A stretch of DNA of 42,156 nucleotides, from assembly GCA_002256025.1 (NCBI GenBank), contig NKIB01014603.1:1-42156 (forward strand), in the 5' to 3' direction. Both the position numbers and the translations under genes were made by a program. Positions 1 to 11,906 of this stretch are shown piece by piece. The stretch comes from Asterionella formosa. Its lineage: Eukaryota. The notes below the pieces were generated by a model, which was not told the DNA's origin, did no database searches, and saw nothing but the letters and a program-made list of their open reading frames with translations. The stretch's first letter is position 1. Each line of letters begins with the position of its first letter.

Positions 1-1
1 T

Positions 2-124
2 GTCCTATCTGGCGTGCTACGCATCCTAAAAATTGACACTGCAGTCAACCCCGCCGACATTTTTACCAAAGGTCTTGTTGCTGAGAAATTTACAGCTATT
101 CGCAAACTCGTCTGTGGTTGGTGA
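2..124 (+). mobile_element. 3' end of Ty1/Copia pol (RNase H C-terminus), truncated by the window edge
   Basis: Frame 2 reads VLSGVLRILKIDTAVNPADIFTKGLVAEKFTAIRKLVCGW*. ADIFTKGL is the Copia RNase H C-terminal motif. A polypurine tract GAGAGGGAG(AG) follows at 148-158. Confidence 0.88.
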
Positions 125-156
125 CATCTTGCCTCCCTTGCTCAGCTGAGAGGGAG

Positions 157-534
157 AGTTAAATACCAACTTATACCTCTCTGCCCATCGTGGATACTCC
201 ACCTACTACTAACTTTCTGTCTCTTAACAGCCCTGCCAAGACTGTTGTTTCTCCTCTATTACTATTTTCTTGTCCCACAACAGTCCTGTCCATCATGGTT
301 ACTCCGCCCCCTATTAACAAGTTCCGGTCCCACAACAGTCATGTCCATCGTGGTAACTCCACTATTAATAATTTCCTGTCTCTCCAACTTGACTGTTGTC
401 AACTGGCGACAACTCCTAGCTTGTTCTACTTTTATCATTTAACATTTAGCTCACTTTATTCCGAAACATAGAGTCTACAAGCCTTCATTTAAGTTACTAT
501 TCTTCAATTATCTACAGTTTCCATAACACTTTCA
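157..534 (+). repeat. Putative 3' LTR of the Copia element
   Basis: Starts directly after the polypurine tract and ends in TTTCA at 534. At 535 the sequence switches to homology with the pogo-like element (reverse complement of about 19000-19040). It contains imperfect internal repeats (TCCCACAACAGTC.TGTCCATC.TGGT.ACTCC at about 272 and 328). Confidence 0.65.
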
Positions 535-561
535 AGTAGCCATACCTGGTGTTGGGCAATT

Positions 562-906
562 GTGAGGCCTAATGATTGTGATCAACTCAAGGCATCAGTG
601 GTCTTAATTGATGGAGTTGACCGGAGAGGGATCAAGGCTGTTCTGAGGATCCTTGATGAGACAGAACTGTGCACCTGCCTTGGCAAGAATAGTGCAGCTC
701 TGAAGAAATCAAGCAACGATTTTGTCAACAATTTTTTTCAAGTCATTGAGCTGTATGACTGTAATGAAAATGCTGCCAAAAGGGCAAAAAGCAACAATAA
801 TGACATTGCAGTTTGTTCATTCCAGCGTCTCATGGACATTCAGATTCTGGAACAGATGTTACAAGAACAGGACAAGCCTTCAAGTCCTTCAATCAATCTC
901 CATTAG
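562..906 (+). pseudogene. Second, convergent ORF of the pogo-like element (unknown function; 5' part removed by the Copia insertion)
   Basis: Translation matches ORF 18719-19003(-): LGKNSAALKKSSNDFVNNFFQVIELYDCNE vs LGKNIAALEKSSDRFVINFAQVIELHDCNE. Confidence 0.55.
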
Positions 907-915
907 AAGATTAAC

Positions 916-1880
916 TTACACTTGAAGTCTAGAAGTGTAGCCTGGGAGGAAGTAATCAACCTCAGTGCTGCAATTATTAATTGTATTGACAGAAAATCCT
1001 ACCATGTGGACAGTAAAATCATCCATAAGAATGCGAGTCATACGCTTGCTGCCATTTCCCAAAGCAAATTCATGCCAAATCTTTTCGATCCATTGTAAGG
1101 ATGACTGTACAAAACCTAGCTTTGGGTTGACAAACATATTTAATACTGACCAAAAAAGTTGTTGATTATTGACTAGTAATCCCAATTGCCTGGCAATGTG
1201 TCCATCCCTTGTTCCTGTAAATACAATGATTGGTGGCAACTTTCACCATTCATTGTCACACATAACAACACAGTGCAGTGATTCGAATTTCCTCTTGTTT
1301 GAAGCTCGAAGGTCCTTTCACCACGGTTTGACGAAGTCTTTGATAGAGACATGTCAAAATTGATGTTCATCTCATCAATATTGACACTGTTCCAAGAAAA
1401 AAATCCTAACGCAGCAATTTGATTGTTGATGTAGCCAACAAAATCCCGAATCTTCTCCTCATCCAATTGCCTTGTATTTTGGGTGACATGAGTCACAGGT
1501 CGGATGACGATGTCCTTACAGGCAAGCTAGCGCATGATCCGCTTTTCAAGTGCCTTCAGAGACACATTTGCATTCTCAGGTTGCCTCTTAGGCTTAACAC
1601 TGAGCATCCTAGTGGCGCAGGCCCTATCTTGAAGCCGCAACTGGTAGAATAGATTACTTAAGCCTTCAAAGTTAGCATTACTTTTTGTAGAGCAGCCCAG
1701 GTGAGCGCTTTTTTCATCTACACCTGCCTCTAATCTCCGCCACCACTGCCGGAACCACAAAAACCATTGCATCGTCCAGCATAGACATGCAAATCCGGAT
1801 CTTCTTTGGCTGAATGTAATATGCTCTGGCAGTCGCCTTGACATTATTGGGCTTGCTGTAGCTTGCTGTAGAACCAACAC
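916..1880 (-). pseudogene. Frameshifted pogo-family (DDE_1/CENP-B-like) transposase
   Basis: Fragments in several frames: THVTQNTR, NIDEMNINFDM (DET-like), CTVLLCVTMNGE, PPIIVFTG, ILMDDFTVHM, FLPGYTSRLQV. Confidence 0.8.
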
Positions 1881-2642
1881 AGATTTTCAAATCGTAGAAT
1901 AAGGTACAAACGCGTACACAACACTCTATAAACAGCTATTGAAGCCATCACGAAATTTGGGCTTGCCGGTTAATCAAAAATGGAAGTTTAATTCATCCTA
2001 GAAACCGATTGAACTTAAAACAATATCTCTTTTAAGGTGGTAATTAATGTTCTGGCTAGTTTATGGAGAAAATTTTGAAGCTGGTTTTTCATAATATTTA
2101 GCAATCAAAAAAGCAAGGTATAGTTTCTTGTATCCCCTCCAAATAAAATCAATCGTGGCTGTGTACATTGAGGGGTACAGGACGCAAGGTTTCACAGGGT
2201 GTTATTTGAAATTCCAACACCCCTATGCAGTATACAGATTACCAAGGCGAATAAAATCTGTTGAAACTGGTGGGCACCATAGAATGAAGCATGATGTCAT
2301 TCAACCATTACTATCCAGCCTATTCCCAACAGTTTTCTACACACCTGTTATTTCAGATTTTCGTACTAAGTAAGTCTAATTAAAATTATTGTTACCTACC
2401 AAGGCTTAATGATTAATCTTTTCCAAATATGCCTACTTTCAAGGTATTTTTAATAATAGTAACCTCATTTATTAAGCGCTTTAAAACTTCTCTATTGCTG
2501 GAGAGCTTCCTGGCATTGCCCGCCTTGGTGTTCTAAATTACTTTCCAACCCAGTATCAACCCAACAAACATGGTGACTTTGGGCGCTTGAACGCGGGGAA
2601 AAGGATGGATACACTCCCTTGAGTGAGAGTCGAACAATTTTG

Positions 2643-2697
2643 TTGTGCTGTGGTTGTGCTGCGGTTGTCCTGTGGTTGTCCTGTGGTTGTCCTGTGG
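2643..2697. repeat. 11-bp tandem repeat (TTGTSCTGYGG) x5
   Basis: Read directly: ttgtgctgtgg ttgtgctgcgg ttgtcctgtgg ttgtcctgtgg ttgtcctgtgg. Confidence 0.9.
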
Positions 2698-3450
2698 ATA
2701 ACATCAGTCTTGTGCAGAGATTATCTCCCTGATAATAATGTGGATAGCTTGGTTTGGACTTGAATCTGAGAATATTGTGGCATCAGTTCACTGGAATTCT
2801 GATCACTGTCCTTTTGCTGTGCTAATGAGATTTCGAAGTCCATCCGGAAAATCTCTGTTGTTCCTTTGTCTTCAACGATAATAGTTCTTGGTGCTTTATT
2901 TGCCCGGTTTCCTTCCTTTGGAAGCCATTCGGACTCTTCATCTTGTTTTTTTGCTGCAATAATGCTGCTTCTATTTTGAGGGAATATTATGTTGTTGTTC
3001 TTTTTGCCCGTGCAAGTTTGGCTGCATGCTCTTCTTACTTCTCTGCTTTACCAAAGTCTTCAAAGGAATGAAATTAGGAATGTCCCCAATCTCTTCACAC
3101 TAGTTCTCGTTCTCTCGATAGCGTTCACTATTGGATCAGACTCCTTGTTTGCGGATTTGGCTCCATTTATATTGTTTGCTTTCAGTTCTGGTTGGTCTCC
3201 TTTGATTTTCATATACTCTAATGTCTTGGTATGATCCGTTGTATAATATTCCATCATTTTTGATCATGAATCCACAGCAACCTGTTTGTTAAATGTGAAT
3301 TGTAAAAATCGCATTATCTACTGTCTATGAAAAGTAAAATAGAAACAATTACAATTGCTTTGTAGGACGCTATGAAAAAATGTTGTTGGGGATGGAGCAG
3401 GTAAAATGGACAGGACCAAAAAAGGTTGACTATAGCTGCACATTGATTTT

Positions 3451-4569
3451 CTAATTTCGACGTGGAGTTTTCAAATCTCCAAATACTTCTTCATACAAGT
3501 CAACTTCACCATTTGCAGACAAAGTCTTCATCAGAAGAGGCTGGAAAAAGTCTTCCCCTCCTGAGGTTCCAGATCCATGACCACGGTTGATCACAATGCC
3601 ACCCAAAAGAGTAATTTCTGAAATCTTGCTCCAGAATCCATCGCTAGCCTTAACCGTATCCACTTGAGATTGAAGAAGTTCATAAATGATTTCAAACATT
3701 TGAGTAGCCAGAAAAGCATCGACCTGTCCACCACCTTTTTGCAGTTCCACAGAAACTTGATCCCCAATCTGCTTTTGGAGCCTGCTGATAATATAATCTC
3801 CTTCTAAATCTATTCCGCTGTCAACTGCCTTCTTTTTTGATTTTATTCCATTGTATGCATCCACGACAGCTGCGCACGAAGGTGTGGCGTCGGTCTGACC
3901 AATTCGTTCCACCTTTCCAACCTGGCCACCTTCGGATATGCCCACGTGAGGTCCAAAGAGGATAAGGAGCTTGCCATTTTCAGGACAGTGACTGACGAAA
4001 TTACTAAATCCCAATGTTCCGGCGAAAGGAATGCCGCCTTGTCCACCAAGATTGTAAATCCCAACACTTTTGGTGTCTACAAACACGTTGGCAAGATCTC
4101 TTACAAGGCTTTGCGGGGAATTGTTGATTTCATCAGGGCATAAGGACGCCGCGAATATCACATTGTACTGCCTGTAATTTCTTTTACGAAGAGCCGAAAG
4201 GACCCGCAGAGTGATGACAGAGCTTTGCAGGGAGCCGGGAAAGTAGCGTTTGAGTGAGACATCAAAGGCGTCACCGGACACCTTCGCAGCAAAGGCAACG
4301 TTGGGCCCTAGAAAGGCGGCTAGCACGGCTGATATTGGACTAACGATACGCGCCGTACGAGCAGGCACTCCAATATTGGATAAAAGAATAAAATTTCGAT
4401 CGTCTGTATCAAGTGACAGTGGCGCAATGTCCCGAAAATTATTCAAAGTGTGCAATTGACGGCCCTTGAAAATTGATGGGGCAAATCCCGTCGAAAAAAC
4501 AACGAGACCAAGCAGGAGATTCAAGACAAGCCAAATGGTCTGTGTAGGAAGCGAACTGCTGTGAGTCAT
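3451..4569 (-). CDS. Theta-type carbonic anhydrase / LCIB-family protein, single domain, plastid (probably thylakoid-lumen) targeted
   Basis: Intact 372-aa ORF. LCIB/theta-CA motifs SLCPDEIN, LGGQGGIPFAG, FGPHVGIS..G.VGKVERIGQ, PSCAA and LLGGIVIN supply the Cys/His/Cys metal ligands. The signal peptide ends at TG|FAP, and a second hydrophobic segment ends at AFA. Confidence 0.92.
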   Translation of the reverse strand: MTHSSSLPTQTIWLVLNLLLGLVVFSTGFAPSIFKGRQLHTLNNFRDIAPLSLDTDDRNFILLSNIGVPARTARIVSPISAVLAAFLGPNVAFAAKVSGDAFDVSLKRYFPGSLQSSVITLRVLSALRKRNYRQYNVIFAASLCPDEINNSPQSLVRDLANVFVDTKSVGIYNLGGQGGIPFAGTLGFSNFVSHCPENGKLLILFGPHVGISEGGQVGKVERIGQTDATPSCAAVVDAYNGIKSKKKAVDSGIDLEGDYIISRLQKQIGDQVSVELQKGGGQVDAFLATQMFEIIYELLQSQVDTVKASDGFWSKISEITLLGGIVINRGHGSGTSGGEDFFQPLLMKTLSANGEVDLYEEVFGDLKTPRRN

Positions 4570-4982
4570 TCTTCTGGCTGCTTATACAGTAGTCTGATGC
4601 GAATACCCTGTTTTGTTGTATCAACTGCCTACCGTCATCACGACGATGTACGGTGCGTAGGTTCCAGTTACCTGGTAACTACTGTATGTAGCGTGAAGGC
4701 AAATTAAAGTGCAATGCATTTTTGAGAAAAAATGGACTTCGAATCCTGTGGAATAAAAGTTATTACCAGGAAGGTCCGGTAATCAGCGCATTGAGCGCAA
4801 TATTTACTAAAAATACCACATACCGGTAGCGGTTTCAACCTACCGGTACTTCATTGGAAGTCTGACCGGCTCACCAATTCTGAAATGATGAAAAATCTCA
4901 AAATATTTCCATTTTTTTATATTACCTGTAACCGTTATAAAGTTTCAAATGGAAAAGCGCTGCCACCTTTCACAGCAGAATC

Positions 4983-5565
4983 GCTGACTACCAACTTCAA
5001 CTTGCTGACTGTGGACTTCTTGTTGCTAACTGCTGTAAAAATTGGCAGAAAATTTGAAATATTTGCTGACTACTGACATGCATTTGCTGACTGCTAACTT
5101 CAACATGCTGATGTCAAGCAACCTACTTTGTACACAGGAAGAGACCAACTACCGGTACCAGTGTACGAATCGTGTTTACTTTTCATATTTGAATAACGAT
5201 GGAAACGCATCTTTCCGTTATTGGGATACTAAACACAATGCCTTCCATGTGCATAGTACTACCTGGTACCGGGAGTAACACAGAGGTTCCTGGTACTCCA
5301 TACATGATTAAACTGTGAAATAGCTAGACATAGATGCCTGAAAAAATTAATACTATGTATCTACTTCTTCATATTGCTACCATGATGTACTATCGTAAAA
5401 ATGATGACTTCAACTTGCTAACTACTGACTGCAGACTTCGTTTCGCTGACTGCTGACTTGATTCGCTGCAATTTTGAAAAAATCGCTGACTGCTGACTTC
5501 TTTTGCTGACTGCTGACATGAAATTGCTGACTGCTGAATTCAACTTACTAACTACTGACTTCAAG
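4983..5565. repeat. Degenerate ~21-bp tandem repeats (GCTGACTGCTGACTTCAACTT-like) in two blocks, about 4983-5130 and 5405-5565
   Basis: Repeated gctgactgctgac/gctaactactgac units seen directly. Confidence 0.8.
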
Positions 5566-5863
5566 TTCATTTTGACAATAAAACGACTAACGGCTTAACG
5601 TCTATCTAAGCAACTATTTGAAGAATAACGGAGTAGCGCAAAATTTAGGGGTTCGATAATTTTGGGGGGTTTACCCCTGCCTTTTCTTGTATGTGAATCG
5701 ATGAACAGAAAACGAGCAACTTGCACGCTATGTGCATTGATTACCGGACCTTCCAGTACATATTATATTCTTTACCTGGAACAGGTACCAGGTACAGTGC
5801 TGAAGGCAATTCCCGCTCCAGCTATCGTCTTGCCATTCGGGTATTTCTACAAAGTAATTTTTA

Positions 5864-8707
5864 GGCTCTAAGTAATTTTTATTTAGGGGCAAAATGGGCC
5901 ACATCGAGTTTTTCGGCAAAAATTGCCGATTTTAGGAGGACAGCCAGAATAACGGTAAAATACATAGAAATGGTACAACAAGCGCAAACACACGAGAATG
6001 ATTGTAACATACAACACCAATGAAAATTGAACATGCATGATGTTTGGAGCAACCAAAGTATGAAATGCGATGGAATAAGTAGCGTCAAATGAGAAATAGA
6101 AAAAATTGTTTTGGGTTAGAAATGAGGAAGTAAAAAATAGGAGTTTCAATGGAGACGTATGCACTGTGACATTGTAGTACTTACACAGGTAGCATTGACT
6201 TTCCATCACCACACAATCAAAGACCGAAATAAGAAAAAAAAAGCTGAACCCAAGAATTTAGAACTGCATCGTTATGTAGCGTAGATGATCTTGTTGCTGC
6301 AACCATGCACATCGCTGTAGTAGCCTGACACAAGTTGCACCAGTCCTTCCGCCCACAGTCGTTCCTCCCACCAAACAACCCTGATCATCATTCCATTCCA
6401 ATCCATTCTGATTGAGTATAATCGCCAGGCTGCTCCAGCACTTTCGACTCCCTCTCGCTGAATATACGTAGCTTGTGATACGATCTCGTAGTAGAAATGT
6501 AGCAAAGAGCGTTAGTACAAGAAAGGCATTGCTTGGCGGCAATATTGAAATCATTGTCAACAACTATACAAATCAACAAATACGATCAACAACACAATAC
6601 ATTGTCAAAGAGTAGTCAACGACAAATACATTGGTTCTCATGTAAATAGATACAATCGAAACAAAAAGACAGTGCGGAACAACAAACAACGATAGAAGCG
6701 ATCAAAATGGACCATGGAAGCAAGCAATCAAATCGGAAATTCGACAATCGTATCTATGATCAAATTCAGTGCATGACAAATGTAGTACTCACCGATCCGC
6801 TCTAACAAGCGTAACATGCAGCAGACGATGGGCTCATAGGAAAGTCGAAAGTTCCTGTTGTAAGCCCGAATTGAGCAACGGCAGGCAGGATTGAGTGAGA
6901 ATTATAATTGTGAGGACGAAATCGGGCATACGGTACATAAAATCAATCAATATGTGAACGATATAATTTAACATTCTGGTCTCATAAAATTAATACCGAG
7001 TCTACATAGATAACATTATAACGTGCTCAAAGTAAGCGTTAAAGTTTAGCTTAAACCATGCATGGTTGTTTTCAGTACCACGCACGTATGTAGGCTAGAT
7101 GACTACTGATACCGGTAGAATATCCGTTAAGCATCATCACATGCATGACCTGAGCAAAAACTTGCCACCAACATCAGATGTATCGATATATGTAGAGTTT
7201 TTTGATTATTCAATCCTGCAATCGCCCATCATATAAAACATATTTTGTGTATTTCATATGCTCTGTTTTTGGACTGCAAAACTACCTTAAATATTTTCAA
7301 TAGCCCGCTGTTCAAAAAAATAGCATTGTTTCTGCAGGTTAGTCTATCTAATCACAATTATTTTTATTACTTCATTATCGTAAATTGACAATGACAATGC
7401 GAACCAGAAGCCACTTCTGGTACCCTACTGAAAGAGCCATGAGAAACAACTCCCAAGTGGACAACTGGAATCATCAAACCGCGCCTGTTGTCTTGTTGGT
7501 TAGTTCATTATGAGATGTTCTGTTGGTTGTTGTTGTTTAGTCGCTTCCATGTGAGTCACGGCAATACCAATAATCCAACTATATTATTTTCCACATAGAA
7601 CATCTTGACAATGTATATCTTACTCACAATCCAAATATCCAAGGAGCCAGCATCACATTTTTTCCTTCCAGTTATAGCTGCAATGTCCCTAATGTCTCAA
7701 AAAAATTCCAAGCAGTGGTAAGTTCTGTTGATTGTTTCATATACTTGCTTCCATTCGTCTGCTGTGAAACTCAATACCTTTAGTAATTTACTCCAGTTCA
7801 CATTGTCGAACAAGAATCGCCAGTTGGAACATTCCACCAGCCAAACAAGCAGCAACTGAATGATTTCCAAAACAATATTGGAATCATTATGACCTACATC
7901 ATTTGCGCCACCAACACGACTTTCAATGTACCATGTTCCAGCAACACACCACACCCAAGAACGCAATTGACAAGTCAGGTTGATTGCCATCCCCATTTAA
8001 TTTCTTCTTGAGTGAACCCTACTGTGATTGAATTATGTGACTCCATCGCTGTATACAATCACATTTTCTACCATGATGATGATCTTGATCCCGTTCCTTG
8101 CTTGAAAGTTCATCCATCCGGGCGGGTCATCTTTCTCCTTCTCCTACAATATAGAAACTTTCACACCACACTGATGCCACCAAAGTTTACAATCATGCCG
8201 GTGCTCCTTGCTTCCTCCACAACCACCACAAGTCACAGTTCTTCCAGCACCATTGCCTGCCGAGCTGGTTGAACTATTGGTTGCTGCTTCTCCAGGCCTG
8301 ATTGAACATTTCATTATTATGCTTTGACGACATGAAAGAAGTGTAAGTTGGCGATTGTTGATGAACATGCATGGACAATTTTTCAAACAAATTTTCCACT
8401 AACTCAATTTCTTTTTCACTTTTTATTCTACTCCCTGATCGTCATTGTCACTTCTTAATTTTTGATTTCCATTTCATACTTTGGTTGCTTAAGAAATCAT
8501 CTAGAATTTTTTGATGCTTGTTACAATCATTCTTGTGTGACTATTTTTCATACATATTTGGGGATTCATCCATTTTTTGTGTGGCTGCTTTCGCATGAAA
8601 ATTCTACTCCTGACGTTGCTCGATGGTCCCTGCTCAAACCTAAAATTGATTGCCAAAAAATCCACTGTGCCCCATATTGCCCCTAAATAAAAATTACTTA
8701 GACACCC
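5864..8707. mobile_element. Putative non-autonomous TIR DNA element, about 2.85 kb
   Basis: 5867-5898 TCTAAGTAATTTTTATTTAGGGGCAAAATGGG matches the reverse complement of 8671-8702 at 31/32 positions, with weaker similarity continuing inward. No recognisable transposase, and no TSD resolved. Confidence 0.6.
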
Positions 8708-8714
8708 ACAGTTC

Positions 8715-9330
8715 TCATCGAAAAGCAAGACGATAACTAGGGTGGGGGTTGAGGGATAGTTCCTCTGTTTCTAATTTTTCTTGGACATGCACACCATAAC
8801 ATGTATATGCAGAGGGGCTGTCAACCTCTTGATAAATATGGTTCCGAATCACAGCAAAAGGGAATACTTTGTACTCTACTCTCATTGCATGTGTCATAGA
8901 GGGCTTTAAATAAAGGTGCATGCCTTCATCAATGCCACACTTAAGGGGCTTTTTGCCCTTCGACTCATGCCATAGAATATTCCACAGACTGGCTCTCTGT
9001 ATTCCTTGCAAGAGTGCACAATCAGAGTCTTCCTGCATATGCATGTAGTCCTTATAATGGCCTCTCACAGATTATTCAAGTTATTCCTAAATTTGTAAAA
9101 GTCGAACTTGGTATTGGGGTTGCATATTGTACACAACATTTGCTGCGATGCTTGCTGAGACTGCACCACCAGACATGATGTCATCATGCTGTTGTCTCAT
9201 TGACATTGCTGAAAAGCACAAATCCTGTTCTTGGCGCATACCATGGACTTGAGCGCAGGCCTTCCATTCCAATACCAGCAACATCTCCTTGCAGTGGGAT
9301 TGCTCTCTGAGAAAACTTTCAAAATCAAAC
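8715..9330 (-). pseudogene. Decayed copy of a repeat-associated protein with KP....R.EY..F....R.HIYQE modules
   Basis: KPSMTHAMRVEYKVFPFAVIRNHIYQEV, plus a more decayed upstream module (AANVVYNMQPQY). Stops and frameshifts throughout. I recall the motif from multicopy diatom hypothetical proteins; not verified. Confidence 0.4.
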
Positions 9331-9952
9331 CACTTGAAGCACAGTATCCTTGTTGAGGTCACAAGTCAGTTTCGATGCATCCTTGACTTTTCCTTCACAC
9401 AATCTGTAACTCAAGCGTTATGATCATGTCGGCAGTTTCGACATTCTTGCTCAAACATTAACTTGGTAACATTCCGATTTCTAACGCAATCGTCACCATC
9501 TGTACACTGTCCTCAGGCCTTCCCTTATCGAGTCGTTGTTGGTGCAATAATGCTTTGATCAGCGGTGTTTGCCCCTCGTTGGCGTAAATAATGACCATAG
9601 AAGTTTGGTATCTTCTTGTGGTCAATGCTTCAACTCTATGTGCCTCCTCAAATTCTTTTTCCACTTCCAGAGACCATCACTTTTTTCAATTCATTGCATT
9701 GTATCCTCTCTTGTTTGAAAACTCGGACACAAATTAGAACTGGGGGGCGGGGGGGGGGTGCCGCACAAGAAATGGAAGAAAACAGTTCCAATTGCTGTTT
9801 CTCTTGAACAACGTGGACATGCATCTTTTCGTTGTGAGATGCATACTCAAGCGTTCCCTACTATTTTCAGGAGTAAAATAGAGGTAAAAAAACTATTAAA
9901 TAGACTATTAAATAGTCATTGCTATCAAATTATAATTTTGCTAGACTACATA

Positions 9953-10140
9953 GGAGAATGGCTTAATTGGTTAGCAAACCTTGCTCATGAAGTGGGGGGT
10001 TCGATTCCTGCATTCTCCCCCTGTCTTTCGTTTATGTAGTCCCTAGGGTTCCAGGGGGTGAGACTGACAAATAGACAGGTCCTATTGTACCATACAGATG
10101 AATAAAACCGGTACCAGGTACCAGGTACTAATTGGGCACA
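9953..10140 (+). mobile_element. tRNA-derived SINE, copy 1 (3'-truncated)
   Basis: A box TGGCTTAATTGG and B box GGTTCGATTCC, followed by the family body (CCTGTCTTT..TGTAGTCCCTAGGGTTC..GACAGGTCC..GAATAAAACCGGTAC). Confidence 0.8.
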
Positions 10141-10424
10141 CTTCGAAATTTAAAAAATATTATACCATGTGTATTATAACATAAATTATTGCACTCATAA
10201 CCCCAAAATTTGGTCAACACAAACACTAATTTTTTTACAGTTAGAAATAACAGTGCAAAATATAGAAATATGTTTATCCATGTTTGACTACATATGATTT
10301 CCCAGAATATTTCATGACTTGCGTGCTCATACCCGAAATGGCTTGCTCTCGCCAAAATAGGTACCTGATGGTAATATGCATGTATATGTACACATCAATC
10401 AGCCTTATGTATATTGTTCGTCAT

Positions 10425-11149
10425 CCTCTGTTTGCCCTCCTGAGGTTCAATACGCTAAGCAAGTATTCCGAAAAATAGAGGAAAGAGCAGATGCTAGTGG
10501 TGAAGTTGATTCTACGGACCTTGGGATAGAAGATGGCAACAATGTCAATGATGAATTCATGGTACTTGAGGACAGTCAAGACAATGCTGAAGCGGTTGAA
10601 ACTTCGGAAAGCTATACTGCAAATGCCTCTGATTTCATTGAAGCAACTCCTGCTCGTCCTGAAGCAACTCCTGCTGTTTCCGCTGGAGCAACTGTTGCAA
10701 TATCTGCTAGTGCAAGATTTCATTGTCCTATGGTATCCCCTTGGCTCAGGGATAAACCTTTGTCAAACAGTCTTGACAAAATATTGGCTCTAGTTTCAAC
10801 ACAATTGATTCAAAAAGCGGAAAAGAATGATAATATTCCAATGCAGATGCAAATGCAGCAACAGCAGCAACAGAACGTGATGAACATCATGATGATGTCA
10901 ATCATATCATCCATGTTGAACCATGGGACATCACAAACAACCACCTCAACTACCATTGTCGAAACCATTCAGGCCATGATGAATTAAATGATAGCTTCGA
11001 ATATGCTATCAATGCAGCAATTATTGCAATCTCCAAGCACAACAACGCCAAGTAAAAATGCACAACCATCTTCATCTGCATCCATAGAATTTCAAACCCC
11101 AAATGATAATGATGGTGACAACAAAAGCAGTAGTAGTGATGATGAATAA
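10425..11149 (+). pseudogene. 5'-truncated DUF6818-like (transposon accessory-type) protein remnant
   Basis: CPPEVQYAKQVFRKIEER followed by an acidic linker and a Q/M-rich tail. Coding-like sequence continues past the TAA ending at 10987. Family call is from memory of the CP..V..AK....I motif. Confidence 0.4.
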
Positions 11150-11906
11150 GTTAAATGAAGATAGTAAATCTAAGTCTTTAAAACATTACTCTATGACTAA
11201 AAATGCATATCTGTTAGCACTTCTATGCAAATAGGGCATGTAAACCGAAGCAATTTGATTCTGACCGACTTTACTGGCACAAAAATTGTATAGTAAAACA
11301 ATCATTAGGAGTACAGACACATGTACATATATTTTGTACATAACCTGATACATATCACATGTCTTCAACCTGTACTCGATTCACAACACACAACAGAACT
11401 CAACATATGTATGCCTTGTGAATAGTAGCTGATCCATTTCTCCTTACAAACACCTATTGAATACTTCTTTAGCTGCACACAAGGATTACCTAAAATGCAT
11501 AAGCTCATTATGTTCAACAAATACTACTGGTACCGGTATACTGGCTTGTAGGAGTCATACCTGGTGCGGAGTACGGTAGGAGTGGTCCCTGGATGCTAGC
11601 TACGTATATTTTCAACGTACGTAGTAGGAACCATCGCCCGTCTTCTACCGCAACTCCACTGGCACCTGGTACCAGGGCAGGGCAGTACCAGGTACCGCCA
11701 AGCAAATGGTATTAAATTTCGAGCAACAAAAAAAAGCGAGCGAAGGGAAATCAACCGCCTTGCTTGTCGTGGTATGTATTTTTTTGAACTTGGCACAAGT
11801 TCAACACTTCAAGGAATCTTTCTCTTATACCGGGTAGTGGAACAGGTTAACCGGTAAAGAACCCAACGTATAGAGAATAGGTATCAGTGACGAACAAGTT
11901 GATGCC

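Larger units (their letters stand above)
535..2197 (-). mobile_element. Pogo/Tigger-like DNA transposon, copy 1 (degenerate, interrupted by the Copia insertion)
   Basis: Transposase remnants lie at 916-1880. The terminus GGTTTCACAG ends at 2197. 1955-2197 aligns with the reverse complement of 16289-16530, and 535-910 aligns with the reverse complement of about 18655-19040. Confidence 0.8.

Noticed and set aside
2492..3300. Possible decayed gene with a chromodomain-like tail (VCWVDTG.ESNL..CQEAL)
   Set aside because: Too fragmentary to support a call without a search.
4983..5565. CRISPR-like periodic repeats
   Set aside because: Units are degenerate and tandem with no unique spacers, there are no cas genes, and the context is eukaryotic.
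6258..6900. Possible small spliced gene on the minus strand
   Set aside because: Splice-like signals are present, but no recognisable protein or consistent frame.
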